The notes under the pieces: generated by a model
What the model saw: only the letters and a program-made list of their open reading frames with translations
Told to the model about the DNA's origin: nothing
Databases searched by the model: none
From: Macrostomum lignano
Taxonomy: Eukaryota
Assembly (NCBI GenBank): GCA_002269645.1
Contig: NIVC01000426.1
Coordinates: 437,029-501,028, forward strand
DNA length: 64,000 nt
Direction: 5' to 3'
In this document: piece by piece, positions 1 to 11,800 of the stretch
How the letters are laid out: each line of letters opens with the position of its first letter
Numbering within the stretch: the first letter of the stretch is position 1
Program-made: the position numbers and the translations under genes

Positions 1-330
1 ATGGCTCCTTATCTAGCGATCTCATGGCTTCTCATCTAAAGATCTCACGGCTTTTCATCTAGAGATCTCTCGTCTCCTCATCTAGAGATCTCATATCTCA
101 TCATCTAGGGATCTCATATCTCCTCATCTAGGGATCTCATATCTCCTCATCTAGGGATCTCATATCTCCTCATCTAGAGATTTTATGGCTCCTCATCTAG
201 AGATCTCATGGCTTCTCATCTAGAGATCTAACGGCTCTTCATCTAGAGATCTCACGGCTCTTCATCTGGAGATTCTGATTCGGGAGTTTCAGATTCTAAG
301 CTTCTCGTCTAGAGACCCTATCGCCTCATG
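1..330. repeat. Minisatellite, about 23-bp unit (TCCTCATCTAGGGATCTCATATC and variants)
   Basis: Direct tandem copies, e.g. at 121 and 144. The array runs off the left edge of the window. Confidence 0.9.
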
Positions 331-711
331 CAGAGACTAAGAGGTATGTGAGACTTAACTAAATAAAAAGTATGTCAGAGTGTATGTTAACCCCACTGCC
401 ATTTCCGCCAGTGCAGAATACATAACGCACACCTAAGCCTCGTGAAACTGCAGCGGTCGCTCCTTCCTGCATGACTGACAGACTGTATGTATACCGTTAA
501 AGGAAAAAAATCCCCTTGCAGGGCTGCGTAGCCTAATCTAACCGAGCAATCGTTATTTCCCAAAAAAGCTTGCTGGGATAGGAGCAGCGTTATCCTATGC
601 AGCATCAGCCCTTACCTGTGCTGTGGGGATTGTAGCTGATGCTTTCGCTGTAGGGCCTCAATTTGTGAATGCGCGAGCTAAACGCTTCTTAATGAACTGA
701 TCATCAGACTT

Positions 712-1883
712 AGTCTTTTCTTCCTAGTGTTAGATTGCCAGTCTTCCCTAGTGTCAGATGGCCGGTCTTCCCTAGTGTCAGATGGCCGGTCTTCCCTAGT
801 GTCAGATGGCCGGTCTTCCCTAGTGTCAGATGGCCGGTCTTCCCTAGTGTCAGGCGGCCAGTCTTCCCTAGTGTCAGGCGGCCAGTCTTCCCTAGTGTCA
901 GGCGGCCAGTCTTCCCTAGTGTCAGATGGCCGGTCTTCCCTAGTGTTAGATTGCCAGTCTTCCCTAGTGTTAGATTGCCAGTCTTCCCTAGTGTCAGGCG
1001 GCCAGTCTTCCCTAGTGTCAGATGGCCGGTCTTCCCTAGTGTCAGGCGGCCAGTCTTCCCTAGTGTCAGGCGGCCAGTCTTCCCTAGTGTCAGGCGGCCA
1101 GTCTTCCCTAGTGTCAGATGGCCGGTCTTCCCTAGTGTCAGCTTGCTGGTCTTCCCTAGTGTCAGATGGCCGGTCTTCCCTAGTGTCAGATGGCCAGTCT
1201 CCCCTAGTGTCAGATTGCTGGTCTCCCCTAGTGTCAGATGGCCGGTCTCCCCTAGTGTCAGATGGCCGGTCTCCCCTAGTGTCAGATTGCTGGTCTCCCC
1301 TAGTGTCAGATGGTCCGTCTCCCCTAGTGTCAGATTGCTGGTCTCCCCTAGTGTCAGATGGCCGGTCTCCCCAAGTGTCAGATTGCTGGTCTCTCCTAGT
1401 GTCAGATTGCTGGTCTCCCCTAGTGTCAGATGGCCGGTCTCCCCTAGTGTCAGATTGCTGGTCTCCCCTAGTGTCAGATGGCCGGTCTCCCCTAGTGTCA
1501 GATTGCTGGTCTCCCCTAGTGTCAGATTGCTGGTCTCCCCTAGTGTCAGATTGCTGGTCTCCCCTAGTGTCAGATGGCCGGTCTTCCCTAGTGTCAGATG
1601 GCCGGTCTTCCCTAGTGTCAGATGGCCGGTCTTCCCTAGTGTCAGATGGCCGGTCTTCCCTAGTGTCAGATGGCCGGTCTTCCCTAGTGTCAGATTGCCA
1701 GTCTTCCCTAGTGTCAGATGGCCGGTCTCTCCTAGTGTCAGCTTGCTAGTCTTCCCTAGTGTCAGGCGGCCAGTCTTCTCTAGTGTCAGATTGCCAGTCT
1801 CCCCTAGTGTCAGATGGCCGGTCTCCCCTAGTGTCAGCTTGCTAGTCTTCCCTAGTGTCAGGCGGCCAGTCTACCCTAGTGTC
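712..1883. repeat. Minisatellite, 24-bp unit (TCTTCCCTAGTGTCAGATGGCCGG)
   Basis: The 8-aa periodicity of ORFs 727..1749 and 735..2018 reflects this unit. Confidence 0.95.
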
Positions 1884-4800
1884 GTCTGGCTGGATCCAAC
1901 CAGTCAGACGCCCACACTGATGGGGGTCAAATTGTTACTAAAAAATCTCAACTTCCCGTGTCAGGTTGCACCAGCTCGCACAGTGCAGCAGCAGTACCGA
2001 TTACCTATGCAAGGGTAGCAACAAGCTTCTGACTAGCACCTTCCCTCGCCTTTCTCTTCGCTGCAATAAATAACAAATTACTGATTTGCTGAGGTGAAGG
2101 TTGTTCGCGCATGGAATGACTGAGAATTTGACTGACAGCCAAAGGCACCCCCCAAGCAGCCCCATCGACTCCGCCCCCAAACTGCATGTCAGTCAAGCGC
2201 ACTAAGAATATCAATTAGAAGGTCTATACAGTATTAGACTGATGTCGATTGATAGACACTGGAATTGCCTAGACAAGTTCAGGCAGACACTAGAGGCTTT
2301 ACCCATTGTACGTATTTTTGCACAGATTATTTAGCATTAACAAATCTTGCTAGTAATGACCCTGCAACATATGAACATGAAGCAGGCTGATGCTGGCAAT
2401 CCTAAGTTCAAAAACAATTCAGTGAAATTGCTTTAAAACATAGTGAAATTAGTTATATGTCTGTAAATTAACCAGATTTTTGCTTTCTTGATTGAATTTC
2501 TTACAATAATAAATCTCTGGCAAACCGACCGCCACCCTGACAACTGCAGTGCCTGCTCCTGCCAATCAAGTCCCCTTCCTGAGCAGCTGTCCCAACTATA
2601 TGAGACTTTTCAGACTTGAAGCCACTCCACTACTCTGCTACTGTTCAATGCAGTGCAGACAGGCAGGAAGTGGAGTGAGCTGTTTTTTTCACAGAAAACT
2701 GCCAACTTTCTGCTCCCTGCAGCTCCGCCCTCTCTTTGAGTCTCTCTCTCCCCTCTGTCTGCTGTTGTCATTCTCTCGCAGAAGAAGCGCGCCTTCAAAT
2801 CAAGCAAAGAGCCCAGGGAGCGGATTAAGCCAGCCAGTGGGTCCCCTTCTCCACCCCCTCCCTACCGCAAGTCATAGAGAGCGGATTCTCTGTGTGAGTC
2901 ACGGCTTGCATGCTGATTAACGTTAATTGTGTGCTCAAATCCACTTGTCCGCCGCGCTGCAGGCTTTGGGACTCAGCGAGTTTTTGCGGCGCTGTAAGCA
3001 GATTTTCTGAAGTGGGTCTCGGGTAGCCATCTCGGTTCAATGCGACTGTCGCTGCTTCTTTTGCAGCTCCACCACCACTCTCTATCCAATCCAGGCTTAT
3101 AGCTGCTGTCCGCTGATTCACCCACACACACCAGCTCACCTCTCCGTGATGGCACCGGGGTGGGTGGGAGGGGAGGGCAGAGACAGGACAGACAAAGGAC
3201 CCGTTTTCACTTTTTCCTCTAGCAGTGTAGCATTTGCGGTTGAGTCGCCTCTGCATTATGGTGCACGTGAAAAAGTCGCAATACGGTTTTCAGTCTGTCT
3301 GGCGTGTTTTAAAAAAAATATCCCTGTGACTAAATAGAGCGGGGGGACTCAGTGTTTACTCAGCGCGAGGGAAAATATAAGGAAATTGCCCTTGCAGAGA
3401 AAACGCCTCTATAATGGACCGGCCCGGTTACAGTTTCCAGTTTCCAACGACAAATTTACAGGCTTCAAGAAGCCTTTAAAACTCTCCTATTTAGGAACAG
3501 TTGGAATGCCGAAGGAGTTGCCGACACATGACGTTGGAGACAAGCCGTAATCCCTGCGCAATCTCCGGGTATTTTCCTAAGTCCTCGGAACCGGGGGAAA
3601 GTGACGCCCGCAGCTGACTGTCGCGCGCAGGTCCCGCCGTGGAGCGGCTTGGCCCCCGAGTTTTTGCTTTTCTAAGCCGACTATTCAGGCGGGCAGGCCG
3701 GGGGGTTCCTTTTTAAAAGAGAAAGAAAAGGAAAAAGAGAAATCAGGAGGATTTCAAGCTCTGACGAGGCAGGACTGGGATTACCGCCTGTTTTGGGAGT
3801 GACCCCTTACAAGTGACACCGGTGCGTTTGTTAATCAGCTGTTACATCTGTCTGATTCTGTCTGGTCTGACTCATCGAGTCGGCTTAAGCTGCAGAGACA
3901 TGTATATTGGGGTATAAGGTATTTGAATACTCCAAGATGCCAATCGGTAGCCCCCTTATCCATCCGGGAAGTTGGAATTCTGGCTGATAGTTAAAAGAGT
4001 GACACACGGACTTCCCTTGGGCTGCTTAGTCCCCATAATCCCTTTAATACTCGCTAAGAAATGGAGGGAGATTTGTGCAGATCCTATCCTTACAGCTATT
4101 AACTGTCACGGGCCTGCAACTGGCAATATTAAACTTTCATTTCGGTATTAGGGGGTTCAGACAGTCAGTCACTGAGCTGTAACACGGTTCTCGAACGGAG
4201 AGACGAGGTTGCTGGGCTGGCTGAGGGGCTGATTTTAGGAGGAGAGCAGTCCCACCCCCCCGCGGGGTAGATCTCGCCTTTCGCCGTCTGTCCTGTTTTG
4301 AGAAACCCGACAAGCCCGGTTGAGCAAAGGGGTTGCGCATGTCCTGACAAGACAGGACAAGACAAGCAAGCCCGTGTTCAAGTGAGGGATTCGGGTAGTA
4401 TCAAATTTTACTTTTCCAGTTAATTAGAGGCTGTCTTTAACAGCCAAGGAGCCCGAGCCGTGGCTGGGAGAGACAGAGACCCGTTCTTAGATTGAGAGAG
4501 CACGGACTCAAGAATCCGCTTTCGCGAGCTAGTTAGCGAACGGGTGAGCGACAGATGAAAGAGAACAGAACCAAGACAAGGGGGGATCAGACTCTCACTC
4601 AACGGGCCGAATTGCAGTGTTTGCAAGCCATTAGCTCGGCAGGCCCATGGAGTTGAATCAATAATCCTTCCAGTGTGTCAAAAATTCTGCGATCCCACGG
4701 TACACAGCTGAGTATTGCGTGGGATCGATCGGCAGTTTTGCAACCATTTTTTTCTCCTCCTTGAAGGCACCTGAATGCCTTCTCTGGCGCACACAGTGGT

Positions 4801-5444
4801 GAGGGAGGGCGCCACCCAGAATTTTTTTATATCGTATTGTTTCACTCGGTGAAGACGTTGGTTGAGCCGACAATTGGAAATCTTAACAGAGAGCAACCCG
4901 GAACCATGAATATTGCAGCAGCTCCTTTGTCTTTGGGACAAGGAACAGGAACAGGGAAGGGGGGCACACCTGGCGCGAAGGCTCAGCTAAAGGAATCAAA
5001 GGAATAGAAATGGAGTGTCGGCGCGGCATGTTTGTTTCTGAGCTACAAGCTATTTCCCCAAAAGAGTAAGATGCAGCTGCCTTTGATGAGTATACTCTTT
5101 GTATTGGCGCTTCTACATTCCGTTAGCTGATACACTTGCGGCTGGCTGCGAAAAAAATTGGATGCAATGAAAAGAGATTGGAATTCAATCATAATACAAT
5201 ACAAAACTGTGTTTCTTTTTGTGGCATACGGGTGCCAAGGCACGCGTCTTTGCTTATTTTGGCACCCTGGCATTAGATGTTAGATTCCAGTACCTAGGCA
5301 CAAGTCATTGACTACCGACAACATTAAAAATATTCAATGCTTTATGCCAACTGGCATTTAAATTGATTTTCAGCTTGGCACACAAACTTTGGAAATGGCG
5401 GGATGCCATTTTTAAATCGCGTATCCAGCTACCTTTCACTCGAT

Positions 5445-5788
5445 CTATGGTAGCTTATCTCGTGTCTACCTCTCACTCTATGGTAGCTTATCTCGTGTCT
5501 ACCTCTCACTCTATGGTAGCTTATCTCGTGTCTACCTCTCACTCTATGGTAGCTTATCTCGTGTCTACCTCTCACTCTATGGTAGCTTATCTCGTGTCTA
5601 CCTCTCTCACCATGTGGTATCTTGTCTTGTGTCTACCTCTCACTCTATGGTATCTTGTCTCGTATCTATCTCTCTCACTATGTGGTATCTTGTCTTGTGT
5701 CTACCTCTCACTCTATGGTATCTTGTCTCGTATCTACCTCTCTCACCATGTGGTATCTTGTCTTGTGTCTACCTCTCACTCTATGGTA
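5445..5788. repeat. Minisatellite, 33-bp unit (CGTGTCTACCTCTCACTCTATGGTAGCTTATCT), upstream of Frizzled exon 1
   Basis: Copies at 5461, 5494 and onward. Confidence 0.95.
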
Positions 5789-5845
5789 TCCACACCCAAC
5801 CCGTTCCCCTCCTCAATACTCAGATCCCAAGTCCGTCGAGATCCC

Positions 5846-8800
5846 ATGAGCCGACAGCTGCTGCTGCTGGGCCTGCTGTTGGCACTGGTGTCCGCCTGCG
5901 GCTCCATCGAACGGTCTTCGCCGCCAACTCGGCCACTTGGCCTCGGCTATTCGGACTACCCGGACGGCCGGACGGGCCACTTCGGCTCCAGTCACATCCC
6001 CATAGCTGGCAGCCTGCCAAGCGATATGGGTTCGGGCAAGCGTTGCCAGCCGATCACTATACCGGTTTGCCAGGGCATCGGGTATAACTACACTTTCATG
6101 CCGAATCACTACAATCACGAGACCCAGGCGGAAGCTGGAATATCCGTAAGCAATGATGCATGTACTGCCTTTTGAATGCTCTGTGTAGCTCTTTGTAACT
6201 GCCATTTGAAGAGTTTGTAGCTCTTTGAAATTGTTCCTCTATGCATTGAATTCCTACCTCTCACTCTATGTTAGCTTGTCTCGTGTCCACTTCTCACTCT
6301 ATGGTAACCTGTCTTGTGTCTACCTCTCACTCTATGGTAGCTTGTCTTGTGTCTACCTTTCACTCTATGATAGCTTGTCTTGTGTCTACCTCTCTATGGT
6401 AACCTGTCTTGTGTCTACCTCTCACTCTATGGTAACCTGTCTCGCGTCTACTTTTTACGCTATATACTATTCTGTCTCGTGTCTACCTTTCCTCGTGTCT
6501 CAGTAGTTTGCCTTCAATTTGACTTCGCAATTACCCGCTGTAGTAATTGCTAGATCGAAATCTACAACATTATCCCTTTATATACATCGGGGATTTTTAC
6601 TCCAAATGCAATTTTAATCTCCTTGTTCAAGCTTTCGGAATCATTTGACTTCAATGCAACACAGAATTGACGGAATGGCCTGTGACTGCCGGCTAAATTG
6701 CTATTACGGCATTTTGCATAAGGTAGAGATTATCTAATCCTGCATTCCATTACAAGACTGCATTATCCGAGATTTGCATCAGCAAAAGAATAGAACTGGG
6801 CTACGAGCTGATGTTGTTTTTAGGCAACAGAAATCCCAGTCAGCTGCAGTGATTGACACATCATCCAGACCGATCAAGCATCATCACAGCCCGGCAGCTT
6901 GTGCGATCTGACAATTAAAGAAAGAAAAGTTTTATGTTTCACCAGACACTCTGGCCTACTAGCTGTTAATGCCGCCTTTCTTTCAGAAGATTTTACACTT
7001 TCTTGGTGTCCGATTATAAGCAAAATAATCAGGCAGCCCCAAGATTCCTGAGCTTTTGCAGCCAGTGCCAAATATAATAATTATTGTTAAGCCTTTTATC
7101 GACGGCTTGGTGACTCATCATCAACCGGGGGCCCCAGTTCCCGGTCCTAATTCCTATTAATTTTCTTTCCTCTTCTCTGCATGTGCATCTCCGCGGCTCC
7201 ATGGGCGGGAGGCACCTTCGCCGCCGACGTCTGCTCAGCGGGGGGTCCCGCCCCCCCCCCCCACTGCCCCACCGGAGTCCTGGGCAACATCTGGGGGAGG
7301 GCGGCCTTTCAAGGACCCCCCACCGTCTCAAGTGCCCTCCGTTTCGCTATAGCTTTGCTGTCTGTATATACATATGCATAATATTCGTTCGCTCTTTATT
7401 AAAAGCAACGTCTGTTCCGTCTCCCAAATTCTGTCGCCAGTTCTCCGTTAGACAGAATTTTCGGGGAATGAATGAATGAATAAAAGCAAAGCCCTTCTAT
7501 GCCGGTTGAAGAGCCCCCCGAAATCACCCTCTGGCAATGCCAACCCCCACCACCCCCCGCTGGCAAGCCCACATGCGCTTAGGGTTACATCATCATTCCT
7601 CTGGCATTATCGAGCTGGCGGAGTACTCCAACTCGCCCCTCTAACTCGAAAGTCTCGCTTCGCACCCCTCAGTCTCTGCTCTGTTTATTATTCTTCTCTA
7701 TATTCTTAGTGGACAAAGACCCACTGCGTAATAATTGAGTCACGTGATCGACACAGTCGGTCTCTATCTTTTAGTTGCTTATATAACCCATTAGTAGGAC
7801 AATTATCTTTTGCATAAAGCTATTGTATTATTGTATTCTATTGTTCAGACTTAACCCGCACATCCGCAAACTTAAAAGGTTTGATAGCTATCAGAACTTG
7901 CTCATCTCACATTCCTTTTATCGCTCCGTTTAGCGATTTAGAGGTACTACTAGAGGGCGATTCAGACACTGAATTCGGGGCGATTTAGGCACTGAATTAG
8001 GGGCGATTTAGACACTGAATTAGGGGTGATTTAGTCATTGAATTAGGGGCGATTTAGACACTGAATTAGGGGTGATTCAGGCACTGAATTAGGGGCGATT
8101 TAGACGCTGAATTAGGGGGGGTTTAGTCATTGAATTAGGGGCGATTTAGACACTGAATTAGGGGTGATTCAGGCACTGAATTAGGGGCGATTTAGACGCT
8201 GAATTAGGGGGGGTTTAGTCATTGAATTAGGGGCGATTTAGACACTGAATTAGGGGTGTTTCAGGCACTGAATTAGGGGTGTTTCAGGCACTGAATTAGA
8301 GGAGATTTAGGCACTGAATTCGGAGTGATTTAGACACTAAATTAAAGGAGATTTAGACACTAAATTAGGGGCGATTTAGGCACTGAATTAGGGGCGATTC
8401 AGGCTCTGAATTTGAGGCGATTTAGGCGACTTTGACCTTTTTAGCTTTCGGATTTTTTGTGTAATTTTTTATCTCAAAAAAGCAGCAGTTTGCGGAAGCA
8501 GAAGCAGCAGATTTCTCTAACCAACAGTCAGCAGCAGAAGTGGCAAAGCTGCGAGGAAGCCAGAGGAAACGACAGCCGCAGGGGAGCTCAAGCAGGGGAT
8601 TTGGGAACTGATTTATTTTCACTACTATATACACGCGCTGCTCGCCACGGCCGGGCCCTAATGCCAATCCGATGATTCGCTCCCATCCCCCACATGCCAT
8701 GCAGCACAAGCTCTGGCCAGGCCCTGAGCAGTATATACAGTATGTATATATAAGATTCGTGTTGGGCGAAGTTGCCGCAGCTTACCCCTAGAGACGGGGG

Positions 8801-11800
8801 GGAGGGCAGCGGGGCGTTCTTCATCCGCTTCCCTCGGAGCTTCTCTATCTCTTTCTTCCTTTCTCTCTCTTTAGCCTCTGCTGCTCGGGTCGGGTCGGTT
8901 GGCCGGGAGGGGGGGACATGCCAAAGCTTTAGAAGCAGATGCAGAGTAGAGATGCAGCATTTTCGCAGGATGCTGCTGGGGACACTCACTCCCCCACCCC
9001 ACACCCTGCCCGCCGAACTCAATCAACTCTCTTCGCCCCATCCCTTATAGCTACTCGCTAATAAGGCGTTTGGCTTATCGAACGAATATTCGCTCACTCT
9101 GTCTGCCCGACTCTTCTTCAGTTAGCTTCCTCCGCAACCCCGCAGTCATAAAGCACGCACAATGTCGCAGCTCCAACACGCTCTTCTTCCTGCTTCTGTC
9201 ACGCCTTAACATTTGCCCCGCTTCCTGCTTGAGGACCAACTGATTGACTGACTGCTAACTCATTTGAGAAATTTTCCCAAACCGAATTAGGCATTGAAAT
9301 TGTTATTATCGATTGATCGCTACGCTGCGGGTCTTTTTAAGCGTATTGGGGGCATTGATTTTTATCGATTCTCTGGGTCCCCGCCTGGCAGAATTCCTTC
9401 GGGTAGAATTTATCTATTGAATGTTTGTTGATTGGAATCTGGAATTGGAAATTACTGCCCGGCTCTGTATCTTCTGTTCTGTCCGGTTCTCTGTATCTTC
9501 TGTTCTGTCCGGTTCTGTATCTTCTGTTCTGTCCGGTTCTCTGTATCTTCTGTTCTGTCCGGTTCTCTGTATCTTCTTTTCCGTCCGGTTCTCTGTATCT
9601 TCTTTTCCGTCCGGTTCTCTGTATCTTCTGTTCTGTCCGGTTCTCTGTATCTTCTGTTCTGTCCGGTTCTCTGTATCTTCTTTTCCGTCCGGTTCTCTGT
9701 ATCTTCTGTTCTGTCCGGTTCTCTGTATCTTCTTTTCCGTCCGGTTCTCTGTATCTTCTGTTCTGTCCGGTTCTCTGTATATTTGTTCTGTCCGGTTCTC
9801 TGTATCTTCTGTTCTGTCCGGTTCTCTGTATCTTCTTTTCCGTCCGGTTCTCTGTATCTTCTGTTCTGTCCGGTTCTCTGTATCTTCTTTTCCGTCCGGT
9901 TCTCTGTATCTTCTGTTCTGTCCGGTTCTCTGTATCTTTGTTCTGTCCGGTTCTCTGTATCTTCTGTTCTGTCCGGTTCTCTGTATCTTCTTTTCCGTCC
10001 GGTTCTCTGTATCTTCTGTTCTGTCCGGTTCTCTGTATCTTCTTTTCCGTCCGGTTCTCTGTATCTTCTGTTCTGTCCGGTTCTCTGTATCTTTGTTCTG
10101 TCCGGTTCTCTGTATCTTCTGTTCTGTCCGGTTCTCTGTATCTTCTGTTCTGTCCGGTTCTCTGTATCTTCTTTTCCGTCCGGTTCTCTGTATCTTCTGT
10201 TCTGTCCGGTTCTCTGTATCTTCTGTTCTGTCCGGTTCTCTGTATCTTCTGTTCTGTCCGGTTCTCTGTATCTTCTGTTCTGTCCGGTTCTCTGTATCTT
10301 CTGTTCTGTCCGGTTCTGTGTCTTCTGTTCTGTCCGGTTCTCTGTATCTGCTGTTCTGTCCGGTTCTCTGTATCTTCTTTTCCGTCTGGTTCTCTGTATC
10401 TTCTGTTCTGTCCGGTTCTCTGTATCTGCTGTTCTGTCCGGTTCTCTGTATTTTCTGTTCTGTCCGGTTCTCTGTATCTTCTTTTCCGTCCGGTTCTCTG
10501 TATCTTCTGTTCTGTCCGGTTCTCTGTATCTTCTGTTCTGTCCGGTTCTCTGTATCTTCTGTTCTGTCCGGTTCTCTGTATCTTCTGTTCTGTCCGGTTC
10601 TCTGTATCTTCTGTTCTGTCCGGTTCTCTGTATCTTCTGTTCTGTCCGGTTCTCTGTATCTTCTTTTCCGTCCGGTTCTCTGTATCTTCTGTTCTGTCCG
10701 GTTCTCTGTATCTTCTGTTCTGTCCGGTTCTCTGTATCTTCTGTTCTGTCCGGTTCTCTGTATCTTCTGTTCTGTCCGGTTCTGCATCTTCTGTTCTGTC
10801 CGGTTCTCTGTATCTTCTTTTCCGTCCGGTTCTCTGTATCTTCTGTTCTGTCCGGTTCTCTGTATCTTCTGTTCTGTCCGGTTCTCTGTATCTTCTTTTC
10901 CGTCCGGTTCTCTGTATCTTCTGTTCTGTCTGGTTCTCTGTATCTTCTGTTCTGTCCGGTTCTGTGTATCTTTTGTTCTGTCTGGTTCTCTGTATCTTCT
11001 GTTCTGTCCGTTTCTGCATCTGCTTTTCTGTCCGGTTCTGCATCTTCTGTTCTGTCCGGTTCTGTGTCTTCTGTTCTGTCCGGTTCTGCATCTTCTGTTC
11101 TGTCCGGTTCTGTATCTGCTGTTCTGTTCTGATTGTTAACCTACTTAAATTTCAAAGCAAAGCCCCCCTGCTTTCTGTACAGGTCCATCAATTCTGGCCA
11201 CTAATTGAAATTGGCTGCAGCCAAGATCTGCGCTTCTTCCTATGCAGCATCTATGCACCGATTTGCATTCAAAACTACGACAAACACCTGCCCGTCTGTC
11301 GGTCAGTCTGCGAGAGGGCCAGGAGCGGCTGCGCGCCCCTCATGCGGCAATACGGGTTCAGCTGGCCTGAGCACATGGACTGCTCCAGACTGCCTGGTAA
11401 GCGGTGCTGGTACAGGGTACTCGCATCTGGTACAGGGTACTCGCATCTGGTACAGGGTACTCGCATCTGGTACAGGGTACTCGCATCTGGTACAGGGTAC
11501 TCGCATCTGGTACAGGGTACTCGCATCTGGTACAGGGTACTCGCATCTAGTACAGGGTACTCGCATCTGGTACAGGGTACTCGCATCTGGTACAGGGTAC
11601 TCGCATCTGGTACAGGGTACTCGCATCTGGTACAGGGTACTCACATCTGGTACAGGGTACTCGCATCTGGTACAGGGTACTCACATCTGGTACAGGGTAC
11701 TCGCATCTAGTACAGGGTACTCGCATCTGGTACAGGGTACTCGCATCTGGTACAGGGTACTCGCATCTGGTACAGGGTACTCGCATCTGGTACAGGGTAC

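Noticed and set aside
616-677. Possible 62-nt minus-strand exon (TTTAG|LAHSQIEALQRKHQLQSPQH|GTAAG)
   Set aside because: The splice signals are plausible, but I found no partner exons or homology, so it cannot be supported.
727-2018. 340-aa and 427-aa ORFs
   Set aside because: They are translations of the 24-bp minisatellite, open in several frames, with no domain content.
2209-2400. Coding-looking stretch (YQLEGLYSIRLMSIDRHW..) with a GTACGT donor-like site
   Set aside because: It would need an 18-nt intron, hits stops, and shows no recognisable family.
5363-5845. N-terminal extension of Frizzled in ORF 5363..6175
   Set aside because: It is made of 33-bp repeat translation. The signal peptide begins at ATG 5846, just after an acceptor-like CAG.
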